Source of the DNA: Balanoglossus misakiensis
Lineage: Eukaryota > Animalia > Hemichordata
Direction: 5' to 3'
NCBI GenBank assembly: GCA_040954595.2
Contig: CM082595.2
Location: forward strand, 4,304,137 to 4,368,136
Length of the DNA stretch: 64,000 bases
The notes under the pieces were generated by a model that was not told the DNA's origin, searched no databases, and worked only from the letters and a program-made list of their open reading frames with translations. A program made the position numbers and the translations under genes. Below, in pieces: positions 13,860-25,133 of the stretch; position 1 is the stretch's first letter, and each line of letters starts with the position of its first letter.

Positions 13860-16800
13860 CGCACATGCGCATAAGACGATCGTCGGCCTTTAAGCTACAC
13901 TATGAAACTTAAACAGCCCGAGTTAAAGATGTTGCATGTCAGTTGTTTTAAAAATAAAGGAAACAAATTCGACTGTTGATAGCCAACTGACAAGGATGAT
14001 AGTAAAGTACCTTGAGGAGAGACAGTGCAATACACAAACACACAAACAACGTGCAAAGCAAAAGCATGTGACATGCCACACACAAAAAAGCGTTATTTGA
14101 ACTTCAAAGTTGAAACACTTGCCTCGGAGGTTTTGTTAACCAAATATTCCTAACGTAAGCACAATTAACGACGTTAAAGGTTTGGCAAACAAATAGAAAC
14201 AAAATATTATTATGCAGCGAGAGATGTTAAAGAGAATAAACATGGCAGATTACAGCATGTGGGAATATCCCAAATGTGAATGGGAAATAAATAAACCCAT
14301 ATACCTAAATGACATAACTATGTATTGATGTTGACACATACTCAATGTATCATCATATCATTTGGAAAAAAATGTTTGAGTACTATTTGAAAAAAAAAAC
14401 ATCTTTTGAGCAACTAATAATGATGAACCACTCACATCAAAAATTACCGTCAACTAATTATGATCTTGCACTCTTTGGCGGCACCGATACTCGTTTTGTA
14501 TTCTACGCATGCGCTAATGGCGATCTAATTTTCCATACCTTGGTGTTTGCGATCAGTTTGTCGTCTTTCCAGTCCCACACACTCAGCACGTGATTGTCGC
14601 CTTCGTCAATGACAACCAGCCAATCACCGGAATTCTAGACAAGAGAAATATCAACGTTTGAAAACAGTGTCTTTACCAATGTCTTTGCATACGAGTTGAT
14701 TAAATATTGCATGGTGGCGAGGTTGAAATTGCACCGCCATTTTGGCCTGAAGCGCACACATACATTTTCCTGTTTACAGGTACAGCGCCACCACTGGCCA
14801 ATCTACCACATCCGACGAAAAGTAAGTTTGACCAGGTATGTATTATTTCTCACCTCCACTGAGAAATTCAGCGACACAATGCCCGTCTGAAAGACTTCTA
14901 AGCCGAGAATAGCGTGTGTACATAGTGTTTCTGTTTCCCATACACGGATATGAGCCTATCGGAGAAAAAGAGACAAAACCAAAGATATATGACACGAGTC
15001 ATCAATAAGAGATGTTTAACACTGCAAATAACATGCAACTTGTTAGTATTTTTCACTCCTGTCATACCAAAACCCCTCAATTATTATTAGTCACAAACCA
15101 AAAACAAAACATTATTATTATTCGATTTATAGATATTTTGATGAAATGGAAATTCATGAAACTATAGAAACGTATTAGAGAGAGGAAAAATATTTCTCTG
15201 GTAATATGAACCTTGACAGAAAATTGCATTGGAGAGCAAAGCCAGGTGTGGAAGCAGATAAAGGCTTTTGTTAATAGAGTAGTAAAGTTGGTTAAGATGA
15301 ATATTGGTTTAAGCGATACAGACAAAACAGATTTTCAAGATGGCCTCTTCATGAAATTATAAGACGGTACGTTTTTAACGTTGCTTATGTTTTAGCGATC
15401 GTGGTTTCCGTGGCAACAACCGGTTGCTATGGGTGCTGATTTACTTACATAGTGGCATATTGCAACATCCTCAGGCTGGGGCGGGGGAAGAAAACAAAGA
15501 CGGGTATATTAAGTGGACAAGATCGGGCAAGGTGTTAGTCGACGCCAAGTTAGTCGTGTCTATTTTTGTTGTCACAGAAACCGAAAAAGGTCATTTTATA
15601 CACATCGGGAAAGAAAGATGGCGAACTGCATCGGACTGAGTCTGCGCATAGAGAATTTTCATGCATAAATTAAGTGGGGGAGAGCAGCCAGCAAGCAAAG
15701 AGAGTGAAATCCTACACTGCGACTTGACACATGATTGTTGGGATACAGGGATTCCGGGTGAGAAAGTCAATGACACAGCCACACGAGAAACACGTATGAC
15801 AATGATTTTGATACGCATGCGTGGGTGAAACTGGCGGCCAGAGAAATAAAAAAATCGCAAAATGAAAAGAAAATCCCTACCTACCAGGTACCATGCAAAG
15901 ACGGGTTTAATTAATCAAGAACGGACTTAATTAATTAAATAAATACAGTGACATTTTGTAACTGTCTATTGTCACCTAATCAATTGAATGGATGAATGGC
16001 TATTTTGGATGTCATTAAATTCAAGTAACCTGCTATCGTTTAAACATAATCAAGTAACCATAAATAATTCAAGTTTTTTTTCGATTAAACATCTTCTATA
16101 GTGTCTATGAATTAACTCACAGACACAAAGATGTGGGCGTTCGGGCGTTCACTGCCCCAAATAACTGAACAATAGAGGACTCGTGGGGCATTGTTCGGAC
16201 GCAGAGAGGTATTGTGAATCGGGGTGTTAAGGTGATAAACTTCCTAATGGTTGCTAGCGTAAACATTAACATTAACTATATCCATGCTTTTGGGAGATAC
16301 TGCAAGATAAAGCCATGGCCTGACTTGTTCATTGTCAGAGAATGTTTTTAGGGTTTAGGACTATATAAAACATCTACAATTGTGATTTTACGGACTAAGC
16401 GCTTTATATGTCACGGGGAGGATGACAGCAAGAAAATGTTTGCATCATCCAAAACGCCTAGAGGGCTTTGTCATAGTTAATAAAACTATTTCACCCGCCC
16501 ACCCTTGAAAGGTCCCTTTAACTGGCTGGTAAAATGGTACTAATGAAAACATTGGCAAATTGAACAAAATCGGTTAGCCTGTACGTATATTAAGCTACTC
16601 ACTGCAGAGTCTGGTAGCTGTCCAGCCATCTGGCCCGTTGCTATGTAATTCTCGCTGGGGTGTACCGCCATACTGAAACAAAAAAATATAGTCAATGCAT
16701 GTGTGATAGGTGGAATTATTCCAAACAGTATGCAGTTGAAAGTATCATTCGCAGCGTCATAAGTCACAATTAGATATTAGATACTCCCCTACTAGCCCCT

Positions 16801-17907
16801 CTCTGTCACTGTTTCTGTCTCTCTCGCCCTCGTTGTCTCTCTCTGTCCTCGCTCTCTGTGTCTGTCTCTCTCTGTCTCTCACTCTGTCTGTCTGTCTGTC
16901 TGCCTCGCTCTGTCTACAATGTTCTTATCCCCATGGAATATTAACTACGACTTACCACTGTATATCTTCATTATGACCGGTGTAATGACGTTGGAAATCA
17001 AGCTCTGTGTCGTACAAGACAGCGACAGCACCGACGAAATATGCAATCTCACCAGAATCGATGACGTAGAGATTACAGCGAGCATCGTATCCACGGTAAC
17101 CGTAGCTAATATTTTGGTCAAGGGCTTATATACAATTTAAGTTTCTCAGTATTTTAAGAACCGCACAGAACATGAGCATACCTGCTCTTTAAATCAGAGA
17201 CTCTCTCTCCCTCCCTCCCTCCCTCTCTCTCTCTGTCTCTCTCTCTCTTCATTTTATTCACTCAACATTTTAAGGCAAGGATACACCCACTCTAGTTTAA
17301 GCTTCTTGTCTGGTCTGGTGTTCGGGTCCGGATAGCGCGTGTTCACGTTGGACGGTGGGTAGAATTCTCTTGTTTGGCCATGAATCTTGATCTTGACTGG
17401 GTCTAAACTGCTCCTTCGCCTGTTGTCGTTGAAAACGGTGCCGTCAGCCTGGGTGCCTTTGTGTCTCTGATACTGCGAGGGCCTTTTTCTGTTACTGTCT
17501 ATCGGGGGTGGGAAGTCGTGATTGTTCATTGCCTGCACGGCTTTGTTGCGCTGGGTCTCGTCACGCACCCTCCGGGGGTCATACCTCAGGTCATCGTAGC
17601 GCCTCTGCGGCTGGTTGCCTGGATACCTCTGCGGGACAACCTCGTGGCGCTGTAGGGATAGGGGTGGGCCCCGGAAAGAATACGGCTTCGGGTGTCCCGG
17701 GTAGCTCTCCTCGCTGCCCGACACAAAGCCCTGGCGGTTCGTTAACGGGCCGCTGTCCAGGGATATTTCTGTGTCGGTCGGACTGTAGCGAGGTGGTGGT
17801 GAGCGCTGCTGAGGTTGCGGCGGTGGGTATTGCACTCCGGGTTGCTCTGTGTAGGCTGAAAACAGAGGAAGACTGAATATTTATCGATACCCACTGCAAA
17901 CATACAC

Positions 17908-17956
<49 letters not shown>

Positions 17957-19664
17957 GGCAGGCAGGCAGACAGACATACATACATACATACATACATACA
18001 TACATACATACATACATACATACATACATACATACATACATACATACATACATACATACATACATACATACATACATACATACATACATACATACATACA
18101 TACATACATACATACATACATACATACACTAGTACATAAGCGTCGTACTTACACTGGGAATGGTCTTGCTTCGGGCGTTTCTTCGGGTTTTTCTTAAGCT
18201 GCGATAGAATATGGGATCCTTTGACATGGCTGGGTCCGCGCTGTGGCTCGGGACGGACCCAGGCGTCCTCCGCCGGCGCCTCGCGGAATAAATCTTCCGC
18301 TCCACAAGCCACGAAGACGTCGTGGTCTTTGAAGTCTCGGAATAACTGTGAAAAACTTTCGACCTGTTTGTAGAAAAGGGAAGAAGACATCGTGGTGTTT
18401 AAATGTCATAGAGGAAGGAAGACTTTCGAAAGGGTGGTCACATTCCCAATAAAATATTTCTCAAATGTTCACTGTACTTTTCGTCGAATACATACAAGAC
18501 ACTGTGTACAAGTACAGTATTTTCTTTGGTATGCGGTTCCTTTGCGTGCTTGCTTCATTTGAGAAAAATCTTGATTGAATACAACTTTCAATTATTTTCT
18601 CCAGAGATCAGAATTGAGCTTTAGGTTGCCATGGCTTTTTAATCAAATACTGCGAAGGCTGACAGATTAAAAAACGGCTTATATATATTTTTTAATATAC
18701 AAAGAGAATCAAAGTGCCGAAGCTTGATACATGTACATGCTTTGAAAATTCCATGTGGGTATGTAAATACCAATCTGATTAAAATCAGATGTAGGGAACG
18801 GCGACTTGGATTTTTATGCTGTCGCCACAGCATAAAAAAACCAAGTCGCCGTTCCCTACATCTGATTTTAATCAGATTGTGTAAATACATAACAAGAATA
18901 CTAACCTGTTCTTCTGTTTTCCACGTATATAATTTTCGAATGGGAGGCGTCCTCATCGTCAGAGCCTGTGTCATGTCTTTGAGGACCTCGTCAAAATTTT
19001 GCGTTGTTTTAGCGTTCAATAGAATTTTGGCTTTACTGTCTCTGTGTGTATTGCTTATAACGGTAATCATACGGGGTTTTGTTCTGTACAAGTTCGTTGG
19101 CGACTCATTACTGGCACGGGATCCAGCCGGCACGGGCGAGACGTTGATACCGAGCATTCCCGGGGCGTCTTGTCTCTGATACAGAGGTTGGTCTGCCCGT
19201 CGAATCCCGCCCGTCGGCTTCCTGTTCTGCCAGTACCGTTCTCCCGATTTTCCATAGGGAATCCCTGACACATAATTCCCACTGGCGCAGACGTAACCCT
19301 TTCCGGGTTCTAGTTCCGAGATGTCGCCCAGTAGTCGTCCACTCAGCGTGTAAATGTGCCGTACGCCATACGGCAGTTTGATTTTCTCCCCGAGGTACAC
19401 CAGCAAGGTTTCCCAGCTGGGGAAGTTCCTGTGGGTGACGGGTATGTCCAGTCCTTTAAAATGCCGGTCACCGTTCCGGTAGAACGTTATTCGCTTGCCT
19501 TTGCTCTCCTTGTGTAACGGCTGTCCCGTGTGCGCCGTCGGCATGAAGGTGTCCTGTGTCGGGGTCACCATCGTCTTACTGTCGGCGTCCCACGACTCGT
19601 CATCGGCGTCTTGTGAGCTGTCCCCGCCATGGTCATCAATGTCCTCGTCGTCTTCGGTGGAATT
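9185..19664 (-). CDS. DCX-EMAP-type protein: echinoderm microtubule-associated protein-like (EML) with two N-terminal doublecortin domains, HELP motif and WD40 (TAPE) propellers; 15 core coding exons, 5' end further upstream
   Basis: Exons read by eye with GT-AG boundaries: 19664-18906, 18363-18153, 17855-17285, 17105-16956, 16672-16603, 14955-14854, 14634-14539, 13629-13489, 12130-12034, 11798-11626, 11297-11028, 10574-10232, 10008-9913, 9668-9538, 9352-9185 (TAG). Motifs: DCX1 [28 protein letters not shown]; DCX2 [17 protein letters not shown]; HELP LKLEWVYGYRG; EML WD repeats [58 protein letters not shown]. Confidence 0.93.
10695..10963. mobile_element. Non-autonomous TIR element with TTAA-type ends (Kolobok-like); related copies at about 46846-47113 and a terminal fragment at 13861-13893
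   Basis: TIR core TTATGCGCATGTGC / GCACATGCGCATAA; internal GAAAAGACAGCA and CAGTCCACTATTTGAATG shared with the 46.9-kb copy, which is bounded by TTAA|AGGG...CCCT|TTAA. Confidence 0.65.
11396..11585. repeat. (TATG)n microsatellite
   Basis: Direct inspection; source of the spurious YIHT/MYVC ORFs. Confidence 0.97.
13812..13859. repeat. (GATT)n microsatellite
   Basis: Direct inspection. Confidence 0.95.
15449..15475 (-). CDS. Candidate 27-nt cassette microexon (PEDVAICHY) of the DCX-EMAP gene
   Basis: Minus strand: ttttcttcccccgccccag|CCTGAGGATGTTGCAATATGCCACTAT|gtaagt; phase 0-0, matching flanking exons (..PDSA| and |AHIRVW..). Confidence 0.55.
17106..17284 (-). other. U12-type (minor spliceosome) GT-AG intron in the HELP motif
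   Basis: 5' splice site GTATCCTTG; CCCTTGAC branch point about 10 nt before the AG with no polypyrimidine tract; splicing restores EWV-YGYRG. Confidence 0.85.
17908..18126. repeat. Compound (GACA)n(GGCA)n(TACA)n microsatellite
   Basis: Direct inspection. Confidence 0.97.
18771..18879. mobile_element. Foldback MITE with 39-bp perfect TIRs and 9-bp TSD (Mutator/MULE-like)
   Basis: CAATCTGATTAAAATCAGATGTAGGGAACGGCGACTTGG and its exact reverse complement; TGTAAATAC on both sides (18762-18770, 18880-18888). Confidence 0.85.
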
Positions 19665-22177
19665 CTGTTCGGCGGAGAGAAGAGACCGGTAACCGGTTAG
19701 AATAAAACACAACAAAGACACAAGTTGCTGCAGAGATCAATAAATCTATGCAGAAAAAACGTGTTCAGATGCAAATTTCGTGGAAACGCTTACGGTCAAA
19801 ATCGATACGTCGCTGCATAATTAGCTCGCGACAAAACTATAACGGTAACTGGATTCATAATTATCACATCATGCCGGAATTTTTTTTACAGTTTACACCA
19901 GCTGCATTGCGCTCTTTGTACACGGACACGCTGAATTCAACGCCTATCGCGTCCTAACAACCATGGGGGCGCGTACGCATAAACATATAACATCTGTATA
20001 ACTATTTACTGCCATGACAACATATTCATACGCTGTGAATGGCACATTATCATAATTGGAAGTACCCTCCTTTGTGATCTGACGATGATTTACGATGTTG
20101 TGAAGTTGATTAACTCGGGTGTTCTCGGGACAAGAAATAGAACCACCAGCCCAGGTGGATGATCTCAAAGGGATGATCTAAAAGCATCTCATTTGCTACA
20201 GTTATATACAGTGCTTCACTTGTGTATGGAATCGATCACAAGGCAGTGAATGGCAAAGTTCACCTTCCCGCACGGTGTCAAGGCCCATGCAGCGAAAGTG
20301 TAGCCTATAGCTGCATTTTTCATTACCAATAGTAGATCCGTCATCGCTGGACATAAACGGCGTCCAATAAATTATGCATGATTAACTTATTAAATTTTCT
20401 AGCACAGTAGGACTTAAGTAAATATATATACAGCGACAGGCCATGGAAATGAAAATCCGACGAAGGCTTCGAACCGTCACTTCCATTAACCATGTAATAG
20501 CCCAGGGTTCACGGTCCGACTGGGAGAGGTAAACAGCCATAAATAACGATAGAGGAATATTTGCTTCGAATAACTCGAAACAGCCAACGCAGCAATTAGC
20601 AGTTTTCACACTTAACACTTTTATGGACTGAAACTCAAACAAAAGTGACCACCGACCTCGAAAACTGACCTTTGAACCCGCCCTATTGTTAAACTGCGGA
20701 CTATAAATACGCGCACACAAAAGAAGAGAATAGCGTTTTCATTGGTTTGTTTTACAACTGAGAAGACGTTAGTGATTATTTCAGAGCTTTGAGATGTCAG
20801 CAAATAAATCTTGTTGACCGATCGGCGGGGTTCACTGGAGCGAGACCAAGAAAAACAGCAGATTAAAGCGGTTTGACACAAAACCAGAACAACACGAATT
20901 ATTTACCTGAGGTGTGTACTAACACGCCAGTGGCATATTTATTCTGGCGAGATAAAGTAACAAAATCCTTTTTGACATGATCACAATCCCTAGGATTACT
21001 CGTAGGGAGTTAAATCGTCTTTTTGACAGGTGATGGGGACAGTAACAACTCCGTTATTTCATCGTCCGCTCGCACGGGTCGTTGGCTCGACCTGACGAAG
21101 ATGCCGTTATTCATGACAGTCGATAGCCATAACTGACAGCGCTATTGTCCTTATGGGCCTTTCTTATCCACCGTTTTATTGAAAGTGTTTATTATTCATT
21201 GTTCCCTTATTCCTATCAAACTGTTTATTTTCTGTGTGATTTTCTGGCAAAATAGTCTCGACGACCGTGCTGCAAACAAGACGGAGAGTCCATAGATAAA
21301 AGCTGCAGTATACAATAAACACATTGAATGTTGATATTTTACATATTTTCATGTTTCTGATGTCTCTCACGGAAAGACTAATGTTAATACGAAAGGTGTC
21401 CATTTTTTATATTCGAAATGAAGAAGATACACCAATATCAAAATTACGTCATTTTTTGTGGTTAGGAATCCTCTGACTTAAAAAAATGGAGTGTTTTGTT
21501 TAACCTCAGTGACACTTGACAGAATGGAACCAACGCCCATAACTTGCGAATCCATAGATACGCAAAAACAAACTGCAAAACACAGGTGAAAGGTCACGGC
21601 GGCGCAGCGTTTATGAGGTTAGGGACCGCGTGTATATATTCAATGCACGGACACTCCAAATTAACTTACTATATTTTATGTTCAGAATGGCTGACAGGGC
21701 GGTTTTCGATTACTGTGTCAAAATATACGTAGCACAATCCGTTCAAGTTGAACTCGGGATATAATCGTTCCGGGTAAGAAAGTGCATGACGCTAAAGGCA
21801 ACGACAAGGCTTTCATTTTTATCCCTAGGTAACTGCCCCTGAAGGTGGGACCTGTGTATATTGGACTGCGATGCCGCAGCAGGCAACGTCGTATTCAGAA
21901 ATTTACAATAAAATGATTATGTTGATGCATTAAATAGACATTTCCGATAAACAAATATGTTTTAAAAACAAAAGCCTATTGTACCATAAGACGTTGGACA
22001 AGATTTTACATCTTTTACAAGGCCTAAATTAACAAAAAATCAATATATATCTGTCTGTCTGTCTACCCGTCTATCTAGCTACCTGCCTGCCTATCTGTGT
22101 AAATCTCTAATACACTACACCCGCCACCAAAAGTACCGAAAATGGAAACGAAGGAAAAAACAAAGAATAACGTCTAC

Positions 22178-22261
22178 CTGGAGGAGATGCAAATGAACAT
22201 TGACATTAACTTGTCCTCGCCGTGTGCTGTAAATATGCGTGCTGTCTTTTCCATCGGCCAT
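22178..22261 (-). CDS. Candidate alternative first coding exon A of DCX-EMAP (MADGKDSTHIYSTRRGQVNVNVHLHLLQ)
   Basis: accATGG Kozak, 28 open codons, CAG|gtagac phase-0 donor, in frame with acceptor at 19664. Confidence 0.5.
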
Positions 22262-22532
22262 GGTTGTTTCACCAAGCGCTACGAATCAGCAATTCGTACC
22301 TAACGCCTGGGTGACAGTACATGCACGTGTACGTGTGGACGTGAGGGGAAGCCCTGGGCCTACACCGCTATATTTTGACGATGGGTTCGTGATTCGGCAA
22401 AAGAAAATCGCCGCCTGTGTGAAACGGGCACGCTGTGACGGTGATGGTGGTGGTGATGGAATGTCGTTTTGAACGGGGGTGACGCTTGACGCGAGAGCAC
22501 AGCTATGATGGAAGTAGAGATATTACATTCAC

Positions 22533-22676
22533 CTGAAACAGAACCTCACGCGCCGCTTGCTGATAGTCGGTGTGTATCGTCTGCGGTGGTTCGTAGAACT
22601 GCCTCTGGGCCTCCCGGGAATACTGCTGTATGTAGGGCACCACGAAGAACGCAACGGGGTCTTGGGTAGGGTCCAT
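22533..22676 (-). CDS. Candidate alternative first coding exon B of DCX-EMAP (MDPTQDPVAFFVVPYIQQ...EVLFQ)
   Basis: gtaATGG, 48 open codons, CAG|gtgaat phase-0 donor; X-box-like GTTGCCTGGCAAC about 160 bp upstream. Confidence 0.5.
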
Positions 22677-24983
22677 TACCGTGGGGCGTTCGTTCGCTAA
22701 CGCCAAGAAGGCATGTCGTCTGGCCCACAGCTAGTCGAGCTTACTTTTCATCCGCAATAATGCTCGACAACAGATTGAGAGCAGATCAGCCTCTAATATG
22801 CTAATAGCCTGCGCTTTGTAATAATAGCAGAGCGTTGCCTGGCAACGGCAATTGCATATAAGGCCTTTGCTGCGCAACAACGACAGTCGTGCTGTTGTTT
22901 TGATGAAACGCGCGACCTAGAATCAGAGCGTGTACATTTAAAGTATTCAAGGCTTGTGACAATCGCGTTCCTTTTCTCTCTGAATGAGTGAAATAACGAA
23001 CAATTGACGGGGTCAAAAACCGCCTCCTTTAACAAACCATAAAATACCATCTCACATGGACCGCCTAATCTCCAAAGGGAACACGTCAGAAATCAAACAG
23101 CCGCACCAAACACTGATAAAATGTAATTTCTTTCAAAACGACGAAAAATAGATTCATTCATAATATCACATCATGCGCAGTTTCTAGGTTGTCAATTTCA
23201 CGCTTGATTGCCTGGCGACGAATAAAACGCACAAGTCACTGAATCTATTGGCGTGATGTCATCAGTTCTTGTTGGAGGTCAAGCAAGTCAGGGACGGTCA
23301 TACGCATTGGGAAATAATCATCTGGACATATATAAATATAATATAATATTTTCATGTTTTACGATTTCGACAAGAAATGAATGTTTGGCGAAAGTTTTAA
23401 TGCAAAATAAAAATAAAGATCGATATCTTGAGAAATATATGTATTAATAGCGCCCTCGTGCGTCTTCGTTGAGCGGAAAAGTCAGGTGACTGAATTGTGC
23501 CATCGCTGGAGTTATTTTAGTAGTCTTATTCATGGGGAATAGCAGATTCGATTACTGAATAGGGGAAAGAAATATAGGATTAATTTCGTTTTATTGCACA
23601 CAGATCATGTTACATACATTATTCATCTACCTTTTTCCGTTAGTAGATTAATAATTTTTTTTTTATTTGTTAAGTCAGAATTAACCATGGCAGAAATTGT
23701 TATCTTGAGGCTAGTGAGCGTCTCATTTATTATTCACCGATTCGTTTGCAAAATTGATGTTGTGAAGGGCGAACTTCTAGGCATATACTGTGTGCTGTGC
23801 TTAGCACAAACAACTATAGATAGCCAACCCTGGGCTAGCAGTGAATTGACTCGGAGAGTATACCTTATTGTCTGTGCGACCTGTATGTTGTATCTGACGC
23901 CTGACTCTTCGCGTGGCCTGTGTTACTGTTCATGTGCTAGGGAGATGTGATGACAATGCAGTGTTAAATGTGCCCTAGCCCAGACTGAGCTGACCATGTT
24001 GAAGACTTAGTTCTGGCCTTTCGCCATGTTCGTCATGGATGATACAGTTCTGTAAAACGTGTCTTTTTAGCTAGTATGTTATTTTGGCTAATTAGGCCTA
24101 AGCTACATTATAGATGTTTAAATTCACTAATTTATTTATGTCGCTAATTCGAACCTTTCTATGCATTTACCATGGTTAAGCTTTCTTTATAGCTAATTTA
24201 CAAACCCGCTAAATGAAAGTATGCAGCTAATATCAAAGTGTTTTACAGTAGTCAAACTCTTCCGATTGTAATGTATGAGTGTGCCTATGAACCGGTCGAC
24301 GGGAGGGTCACTCAGCGCATAGCTGGATACCTACCTACCTATTGTCTTTTAACTGCCGACATAGTACAAAGGCACTTTTATATAACGAACGACACAATGT
24401 ACGCTCTGCTATACAAACAACAAAAACACTTAGCTGATATAACAAGGCTATGAGAACGGACGAATGAAAGGAACCAACAAGAAAGTACCTGTATGTGGTA
24501 ATGCTTGTAATAAATTATGTCACTTGTAACAGCGTCCTTGATTCGACTGCAAGGGCACCCCATGTGATTACAATTGACCACTGGGGCTAATTCAACTACG
24601 GGACTTCGCGATAAAAATATGTCAATGGTTATACAAATATCTGCATGTACTTGTGTTCATTGTTTACATCCGTGTCCGTACGGATTTTTTTCACCTTTGA
24701 TTCCGTTTTAGAACCGTCGTTTCATGGACGCGCTGGTATTTGAGCAATTGTAATGTTTCTTAGTTGGCAGGGCGATCAACAACAAAGCGACAATTATTTT
24801 CTGAGTAACTAATGGACCATGTGTATCTCCACAATCTATTCCGAGTCCGAAGCTGTTTTCAAAGTTCGTCACTTGCATCTAATAACGACAACAACAACTT
24901 CCCCGTTCGGCTACAGGACGCATTTTTGTGCGATCGTCTTAGAAAACGGTGTACGATCGATTCTCTTTGGAGTTTATACCTAC

Positions 24984-25133
24984 CCCAAGGTCGATCTCGT
25001 CATCCAAATTGTACGCATCAACATCATCGATGTCGGCCACATGAACGTCCACAGTGGGACCGCGATATCTGTACCCAGGGTTGAGTTTCTTCGACAGCTG
25101 ATACCGGCCAGCGTCGAATCTTTTTCTGGACAT
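24984..25133 (-). CDS. Candidate alternative first coding exon C of DCX-EMAP (MSRKRFDAGRYQ...DDEIDLG)
   Basis: aagATG, 50 open codons with coding-like composition, GGG|gtaggt phase-0 donor. Confidence 0.5.

Noticed and set aside
11180-18125. YIHT/MYVC/SINQ-repeat ORFs
   Set aside because: Translations of tetranucleotide microsatellites.
18639-18905. C-terminal extension of the 360-aa DCX ORF
   Set aside because: Read-through into an intron containing the MITE; the real frame splices at 18906 to 18363 to complete DCX2.
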